From Stramenopiles sp. TOSAG23-3 (lineage: Eukaryota), in assembly GCA_900128585.1 (NCBI GenBank), contig LT642189.1, forward strand, positions 1 through 37,869: 37,869 bases of DNA. The letters run 5' to 3'. Under the pieces are notes generated by a model, which ran no database searches, had not been told where the DNA came from, and saw nothing but the letters and a program-made list of their open reading frames with translations. Within the stretch, counting starts at the first letter, position 1; each line of letters begins with the position of its first letter. Both the position numbers and the translations under genes were made by a program. Below, one piece after another: positions 31,304 through 37,869 of this stretch.

Positions 31304-32716
31304 ATGGCGCAGTACGGGCGCAATCGAAATGTGGTGGGAAACAGCAACAGGGGCAACCTCAGCATAGGACTAACTCCGCAGCAACCGAAGAACGCCCGCA
31401 ACCAAGCTCGCAGTCCCAGAGAGTCGAGAATGGGGATTACCCTCACGTCATCCCAGCAAAATAACTCGCGGCATCCGCCAGGGCTGCTGGGCCCCAATTC
31501 CAATCCGTATACCATTAACCAGAAAAGTGCCGCCAGTGCCACTCCGGGCAACGCCAGCACCAACATCAGGACTTCACCAATTTCGGCCCAGCGCAGGCAG
31601 AAGTTTCCACAAAGCTTTGCCTCCCCTGGAAACGTCGCCCCCCAGGCAGGGCAAGGGGGTACCCAGGGGTCTTCCAGCAAAGCGTACAACCCCAGGCCTC
31701 GACGGAACAACGCCGGGGCCAGCGCCCAGCCGTCCTCGGAGGTGCCCACCAGCAAGGCCACGGCCCCGCCCCTAAAGCTGATAAAAACGGTCGCAAATTT
31801 CAGCACCATCCCCGGGGAACGGCGCATGCCAGGGAACTCGATTGCAACGCCGAAAGAGAACCAGGACTATTATTTTACGAGCGTCCACGAGTTTTTGCAG
31901 AAAGGCATCGCAGTGGCCGGGGTGTTCGACGGGCATGGCGTGAACGGCAAGCACGTGTCCAACTTTGTGGCAAAGCAAATGCCCATGTACATAATCGAAG
32001 ACTATACGAAACGACGAAAGACGGAAGGGAACATGTTCGATATCAGGGAAAGCATTGCGTTTGCAGTTGCAAGAACAGAGGCCGAGCTTGGAACGACTGG
32101 TGTAGACATAAATGCTAGTGGTTCCACGGCTATTTTTACCGTACGAATTAGCAACACGCTGTATGTGTGCAACATTGGCGATAGCCGCTGCATCGTGGGG
32201 CGTCGGAATGCATATGGGGCCATCGAAGCCGCGGCGTTGTCCCGGGACCATAAGCCCGACGACAGGAACGAAATGGACCGGATAACGGGCATGGGCGGGG
32301 TTGTCCAGCCGAGCCAAAACCAGTATGGTCAGTTCATGGGGCCGGCCAGGGTCTGGATACCCGGCCGGCAGGACGTTGGGGGCCTGGCGATCGCAAGGAC
32401 CATGGGGGACATGTCGTACACGGCCGTGGGCGTCACCTCCACCCCTGAGATTTCCGTCCACGAGATTTCTCCAAACGATGTTTTTCTTGTCCTCGGCAGC
32501 GATGGAATTTGGGACCGTCTGAGCAACAGCGAGGTGACGGACATTGTGAGCAAGAGCCTCCCCGCACAAAAACTTTCCGCCCCCAACAGTGATTTTTCCA
32601 AACAGGATTGTCGGAAAGCAGCCGCAGTGTTGACCAAAACCGCCCAAGCCCGGTGGCGAAGTTGCCGGGGAGGATGGTACGTAGATGACATAACTGCCAT
32701 GGTTTGGTGCTTGTGA
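31304..32716 (+). CDS. Protein phosphatase 2C (PPM family) with low-complexity N-terminal extension, 470 aa
   Basis: PP2C motifs ENQD, GVFDGHG, SGSTA, NIGDSR, DHKP, LAIARTMGD, LGSDGIWD and DDIT. Confidence 0.95.
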   Translation: MAQYGRNRNVVGNSNRGNLSIGLTPQQPKNARNQARSPRESRMGITLTSSQQNNSRHPPGLLGPNSNPYTINQKSAASATPGNASTNIRTSPISAQRRQKFPQSFASPGNVAPQAGQGGTQGSSSKAYNPRPRRNNAGASAQPSSEVPTSKATAPPLKLIKTVANFSTIPGERRMPGNSIATPKENQDYYFTSVHEFLQKGIAVAGVFDGHGVNGKHVSNFVAKQMPMYIIEDYTKRRKTEGNMFDIRESIAFAVARTEAELGTTGVDINASGSTAIFTVRISNTLYVCNIGDSRCIVGRRNAYGAIEAAALSRDHKPDDRNEMDRITGMGGVVQPSQNQYGQFMGPARVWIPGRQDVGGLAIARTMGDMSYTAVGVTSTPEISVHEISPNDVFLVLGSDGIWDRLSNSEVTDIVSKSLPAQKLSAPNSDFSKQDCRKAAAVLTKTAQARWRSCRGGWYVDDITAMVWCL

Positions 32717-33204
32717 AAAAAAGAAGAAGAGAAGAAGTTCAAAGTAGTTGTTGATCTTTCTTCCACGGACGGTTGGAGTAATAATAATAGTCTAATAACA
32801 AATAATAAACATTTAAGTAAAATCCGTACCTTAATATATAACCCTAATACTTAAAATAGAAATATAGTTTCAGTCCCCTTTTTTGTTCTTCTTCTTCTAC
32901 GAAGTTGACTTGATTCTGGTGAAAGACGCAATCCTATACTATGTGTATGTTAAATTTTAAAATATATTGAAGCTTTTCCATCATCAAAAATTAGAAGAGT
33001 CCTCTCGCTCCTCCTGCACCCATTGTTGTTTTGTTGATTATTCTACTTGAATATTAAAGAGTTGAAAAGAAACACACAAGAAACGGATTGGAGAAGAAAA
33101 GAATATATACGATAAAGTAAACAAGTAAGAAAAGAACAGCAAGTTGCAAAGTTTCTACTATTTTGTTGCCAAGAATCCACGTATTATAATTAAAATTAAG
33201 TATT

Positions 33205-34215
33205 ATGAAAGCAACAGCCGCTTTGTTGGTCGCGACCGTGACCTTTGCGTACTTCGCTGCACCTGCGTTGTCCACTGACAAGATTACGTTTGCCTTTGCC
33301 GACGGGAAAGACGACGGGTACCAATTCTACAATTGGACGCGCATTACCGACCTTGGGTTTTGGAGCTACCCGAAAGATGACGTCATTGCCCTCGTAAAAC
33401 AGCACAACGTCAACCTGTGGCAAGACAGTCACTTGCCAGATGCGAAAGACTGGAGTTCCAAGGACAAAAGAAAGCAGTTTGCCCAAGAGAAAGTGAAGCA
33501 GGTCCAGCAATACCACCTTAAGGGGGTCTTTTTCGATTACGAAGGCCAGCTGAACAAAGACCAGAACGAGGACTACACGAAGTTGGCAAAGGAAGTCAAC
33601 AATGCACTGCAAAGTGTAAACGCATCGATTTTCGTGTGCGTTGGAGGACGCCCCACGTACGAGTTCCGCGACTATGATTACAAAGGACTTGCCGACAATT
33701 CTGAATTTTTATTCATTATGGGGTATGACATGCATTTCTGGGACGACTACACTTGCGTGACAAAAGGGACGTGTTCTCCCGCGGAGGCTCCCATCAAAGA
33801 CTTGACGGATGGCGTGTCCTCGTATTTGAAAGAGGTGTCCAAGGACAAGCTAGTTCTGGGCCTTCCATGGTACGGCCAGCTCTACGAAGTGGTTGTCGTC
33901 CCGTGGAACATGGGTCAGGTTCACTATAAGGATATTTTGGCCATTACGAACCAGAAGCACAAGGTAAAGAGTTTGACTTACCAAGACACGTCGCAGTCCT
34001 GGAAGCTTGTATGCAACGGTCCGTGCACGGACAAACACAAAGGGAACGTCATCTGGTACGATGATGCAAGAAGTTTGACGCCAAAATATAAGTTGGCCAA
34101 GGACAACGACCTGCGCGGTGTAGGCGTTTGGCAACTTTCAAACATCCCAACCGACGACGACTTCAAGAAAGAGAGGGAGGCGATGATGAACGCCTTCGTA
34201 CTGTGGAACGCTTAA
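33205..34215 (+). CDS. Secreted glycoside hydrolase family 18, di-N-acetylchitobiase-like, 336 aa
   Basis: Signal peptide; GVFFDYE (catalytic DxE), YDYKGLAD, FIMGYD, KLVLGLPWYG, WYDDARSL and LRGVGVW. Confidence 0.85.
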   Translation: MKATAALLVATVTFAYFAAPALSTDKITFAFADGKDDGYQFYNWTRITDLGFWSYPKDDVIALVKQHNVNLWQDSHLPDAKDWSSKDKRKQFAQEKVKQVQQYHLKGVFFDYEGQLNKDQNEDYTKLAKEVNNALQSVNASIFVCVGGRPTYEFRDYDYKGLADNSEFLFIMGYDMHFWDDYTCVTKGTCSPAEAPIKDLTDGVSSYLKEVSKDKLVLGLPWYGQLYEVVVVPWNMGQVHYKDILAITNQKHKVKSLTYQDTSQSWKLVCNGPCTDKHKGNVIWYDDARSLTPKYKLAKDNDLRGVGVWQLSNIPTDDDFKKEREAMMNAFVLWNA

Positions 34216-34398
34216 ATAATTGCTCATGATTTTTAAAGAGAAACACAATGCAAGATTTCCTATTTAACGATAGTTTTGTTACGAATTCACGGGTGAGATT
34301 ACAGTTTCCAATGTTATCAAATCAAATTTGTTGAGTGTGTTTTTTTTTTTTAATGCAGTTCAGTAAAAAACTACGTCTGTGTAAATTGGTTCTAAAAC

Positions 34399-34426
34399 AT
34401 TAAAAACAAGAAAATTGGCTGTTATT
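34399..34426 (+). repeat. Dispersed 28-bp convergent-spacer element, copy 2
   Basis: Identical to 5255..5282. Confidence 0.85.
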
Positions 34427-34671
34427 ATTTTTAGTAATTAAATTTAGCTTCCTCATACCCTAATAATCCTAACTTGGTTCTATAATTTTGTTTCATTGTT
34501 GGTTGTCAATCATTAAAAAATATTTAAAGCTTAAGACTAATTCGTAATTCTTAAGAGTGTACCCAAAAACATTTTGAGTTTTTAATTCGTGCCCCTTCTC
34601 AAAAATTAATTCTACGACAGCCCAAAATCTAAAGTATCTTTAAGAAGGCTTCAGAATGACCAAAGTGCTCC

Positions 34672-35466
34672 TCAGTAGCTGTCTTTGTAAAGGCAGCATT
34701 CGGGTTCGTCATATGAAATGTGACGGCCACGGCTACACCCTTCGCTTTTCTCGTCTGAGTTGCCACAACAGCTATAGAAGAAATGGATTTCATTGCCATC
34801 GTGGTTGGGATCGCCGGGTGCTTGCCAACGCTGTTTGGTTTCACCGCTGAACGCTTCTCCATGAAATTTGCAGTCTCCGTTTTGGTTCCTATCTTTCAAG
34901 TAACGAACCCCGCAGCGGCGGCAAGTGACGGTATTTTCCTGTATTTTGGCGACGATCCCGTAGTTCACAGGCCCAGGTTTGTACTCTTCGTGCTCTTTGT
35001 CGCCGTAAGAGGCCAAAAGCGGGGAAGCGTTTAGCAAGTCAGCGTCTTCCTGCTCAGAGCGTATGGTGTAAAAGTAACAGAAACATGGCAGCACGTCCGC
35101 GCCACCATCGGGAGCGACATCAATTTCTTTCTTGTAATAGTAGCCCTCTTTCACGCCCTCTAAAATGTCCATCGCTTCCAGCGCTGCAGCGTCCAGCTCA
35201 AATATGTCTCCCCTAATAACGCCCCAACTGTCACTGCTAGAGTTGTGCGTATCCATCAGTATGGGCCCACGAGTCGCTGGCAGCCGTGTCAGCGGCCTGA
35301 GAACAAGAGGATACTTACTTTTTGTAGTCCCTGAACCAATAAACTTTGCACGCTTTGCGTCCACGGCTTTTTTCAAATACCGATGGTAGTTGGTGTAACC
35401 ACGCTTTAGTGTACCGTACACAAATACTTTTGTCCACAAAACGCCACCAGATGCCATCGATGCCAT
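34672..35466 (-). CDS. Gamma-glutamylcyclotransferase-fold (GGACT/AIG2-like) protein fused to a Cys/His-rich zinc-binding module, 264 aa
   Basis: VFVYGTLKRG..N, GDIFELD and MDILEG motifs; C-terminal CRRC...N...CKFHG...YSCCG...GC...H.SYD. Confidence 0.85.
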   Translation of the reverse strand: MASMASGGVLWTKVFVYGTLKRGYTNYHRYLKKAVDAKRAKFIGSGTTKSKYPLVLRPLTRLPATRGPILMDTHNSSSDSWGVIRGDIFELDAAALEAMDILEGVKEGYYYKKEIDVAPDGGADVLPCFCYFYTIRSEQEDADLLNASPLLASYGDKEHEEYKPGPVNYGIVAKIQENTVTCRRCGVRYLKDRNQNGDCKFHGEAFSGETKQRWQAPGDPNHDGNEIHFFYSCCGNSDEKSEGCSRGRHISYDEPECCLYKDSY

Positions 35467-36372
35467 CGTTCCAAAATAGACACACTCTCTGGTGCAATAT
35501 TACCCGCTCAATCAAAAGCCAACTCTAGTCCTCTTTTCTTCCCTTGTTTGTATTTGCGTTGACGAAGTGGTATAGGACAACAAGCCCGAACATAGACAAT
35601 GCAAGCGTGTTAACAGTTTGTGAAAGTATCTCTTCCATATTCAACCGTACAAGTAAGAACGGAACTATTCAGCGCGCACAAGAACAAAATCAATTTCGTT
35701 TTCTCTTCGAATTGGAACCAAATCAAATCATTATTTCTTCTTCTTCTATCTACAATCATCATCAATTTATCTACAAATATATTATACTGTAATGCCAATC
35801 ATCAGTGGTGATAATATTTATTAATTATTATTATTATTATTCTTTTTTTTATTGTTTCATTCTTCTTCATCATTCATCATCGATCGATCTTCTCATTATT
35901 CTTCCGTCGTCCCTGCTGCTTTTACTCTTCTTCTTGTTCCTTTTTTTTATTCTTCTTCTTCTGTGTTCTTCGTTCTAAAATATTATTATTATATTTTATT
36001 ATCGTCTTCTTCTTCTTTCTTCGCCAAAAAAGTAGTATTATTAATAACTTTCCATCACTTTCTTCCTCCCACGGTGGGTGGTCACCACCAGTAATTATTA
36101 ATTATTTAATAATAAAAAAAAAGAAAAATATGAAACGTAATCAAAAATAAAATAGAAAAATAGAAAATTGTAAAATAATACTTCTTGGTATACAATAAAG
36201 AATACAATATTTTATTTTGATCATGATCTCATTCTTTCAAAGATTTTACTTACCTTTGGGTTTGAATTATAATTTGTTCTATTAGGGACGAAGTCGAAGA
36301 CGTTTTTTGTTCTTTTAATTTTTGTTAGAGAAGTCCGGTGGTTGGAAGGAAGACGTTCCAACGACGGCAAAT

Positions 36373-37587
36373 ATGTCTTTCAAGATACATGCGGAGTGCG
36401 GTCGTGCTCGGGCGGCCACGCTGACCCTGACACACGGTCCCGTGCGGACGCCCGTGTTCATGCCGGTAGGAACGCAAGGGACGGTGAAGGGGTTGACAGC
36501 ATCGCAGTTGCAGAGCGAACATTTAGACTGTGAAATTATTTTAGGGAACACGTACCACTTGGGTCTACGGCCAGGCGCAGAAATTTTGAAAGACTTGAAA
36601 GGGCTGCACAATTTTTCGAACTGGTCGAAGAACATATTAACAGACTCCGGCGGCTTTCAAATGGTCTCTTTGCTGGCCTTGGCTGACATTACCGAAGAAG
36701 GGGTCACGTTTCAATCCCCAGTGGACGGGACCCGCATGCTGCTGACACCAGAGGAGTCCATGCGCATTCAGAACTGCATTGGATCGGACATTATGATGGT
36801 CCTGGACGACGTCGTGTCGAGCGTCTCTGTTGACCACGCCAGATTTAAGGAAGCCACCAGTCGGACAGTGCGCTGGTTAGACCGCTGCATAAAGGCTCAC
36901 AAGAACCCATCCACGCAGTGTTTGTTTGCGATTACTCAAGGTGGGCTGGATGTGACAGCAGGGGGGCTGCGTGACCAGTGCTTGTCGGAAATTTTGTTGC
37001 GGGACGAGCATCTGCCGGGGTACGCCATCGGTGGTTTGGCCGGCGGCGAATCCAAAGATGCCTTTTGGAGGGTGGTGTCCCACGGCACTGCACGTTTACC
37101 CAAGAACAAACCGCGCTACTTGATGGGGGTGGGCTATCCGCTGGATTTGGTAGTGTGCACAGCCCTTGGGGTAGACATGTACGACTGCGTATACCCCACT
37201 CGAACTGCAAGGTTTGGCACCGCGCTCGTGTTTGAGAAGGGCGGCCTTTTGAAACTGAAGCAGTCAAAATACATGAACGATCCAAAGCCGATAGAGGAAG
37301 GGTGCTCGTGCACAACGTGCCAAAAGTACTCTCGCGCAAGGCTTCATTTTATGCTCAAAACCGCGGAAACGGTTGCAGGAAGGCTCATGACGGTCCACAA
37401 CATTGCCTACATGATGCGGTTAGTACGCACGATGAGGCAGCACATAATCGATGGGAATTACGCAGAGTTTGTTGACAGATTTTTGAAGAAACACTTTGGC
37501 CAGGATGATGCAATTTACCCAACCTGGGTATGCGAAGCTTTGGTCGCTGCGGGGCTGGAGAGTGTAGTGGAGCGCCACAGGGGCTAA
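36373..37587 (+). CDS. QTRT1: Queuine tRNA-ribosyltransferase catalytic subunit (TGT), ~404 aa
   Basis: Motifs TPVFMPVGTQG, LGNTYHLGLRPG, LTDSGGFQMVSL, GYAIGGLAGGE, KPRYLMGVG, DMYDCVYPTRTARFG and the Zn site CSCTTC...HN. Start placed at the first in-frame ATG; a small upstream exon is possible. Confidence 0.96.
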   Translation: MSFKIHAECGRARAATLTLTHGPVRTPVFMPVGTQGTVKGLTASQLQSEHLDCEIILGNTYHLGLRPGAEILKDLKGLHNFSNWSKNILTDSGGFQMVSLLALADITEEGVTFQSPVDGTRMLLTPEESMRIQNCIGSDIMMVLDDVVSSVSVDHARFKEATSRTVRWLDRCIKAHKNPSTQCLFAITQGGLDVTAGGLRDQCLSEILLRDEHLPGYAIGGLAGGESKDAFWRVVSHGTARLPKNKPRYLMGVGYPLDLVVCTALGVDMYDCVYPTRTARFGTALVFEKGGLLKLKQSKYMNDPKPIEEGCSCTTCQKYSRARLHFMLKTAETVAGRLMTVHNIAYMMRLVRTMRQHIIDGNYAEFVDRFLKKHFGQDDAIYPTWVCEALVAAGLESVVERHRG

Positions 37588-37869
37588 AAAGATTTGTCCA
37601 GGGGGGGAATTGTATATTTAAAAATACTGCTTGCATGAACTAAATCATCAAATTTTGAATACGAATCATCGAATAGCTATCGTAATAACGATAATTAATA
37701 AAAATATAATACTCCCATCAAGGAAATCACGAGCGAGGGGGAGGTGCTCCAACAACAATTCTTCCTTTGCATTTTTTTGTTTGTTTTTTGTTTTTTGTGT
37801 TTGCAATCGGTATACTAGATAAACACAGCATCTCTAAAAATAAATTAGCATTTCTCTTCTTTATTAAAA

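Noticed and set aside
36130..36328. Possible upstream micro-exon ATGAAAC plus intron extending QTRT1 (MKQKSGGW...)
   Set aside because: Phase-compatible, but the donor GTAATC and branch point are weak compared with the two supported introns.

Overview
Gene-dense, intron-poor nuclear DNA from a unicellular eukaryote; the lineage cannot be fixed from the sequence alone. About 16 protein-coding genes of moderate GC alternate with very AT-rich, microsatellite-laden spacers. In order: C2H2 zinc-finger protein (-, 2 exons), COP9 signalosome subunit 7 (+), an unknown gene split at a G12 run (-), 60S ribosomal protein L7/uL30 (-, 811-nt intron), VPS26 (+), a mucin-like type I membrane protein with an in-frame TGA (-), site-1 protease (+), an unknown protein (-), a possible ciliary protein (+), a PH + permuted papain-like protein (-), a multi-cNMP-binding protein (-), a FERM protein (-), PP2C (+), a GH18 chitobiase-like hydrolase (+), a GGCT-fold/Zn-module fusion (-) and queuine tRNA-ribosyltransferase (+). 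The most interesting non-coding signals are: (i) a ~28-bp element in four of the five convergent spacers, (ii) a nested stem-loop 3' trailer behind the zinc-finger gene, (iii) tandem H/ACA-snoRNA-like hairpins in the RPL7 intron, and (iv) a recurrent TACGAGG motif in AT-rich spacers. No CRISPR array, rRNA, tRNA or transposase was recognised.
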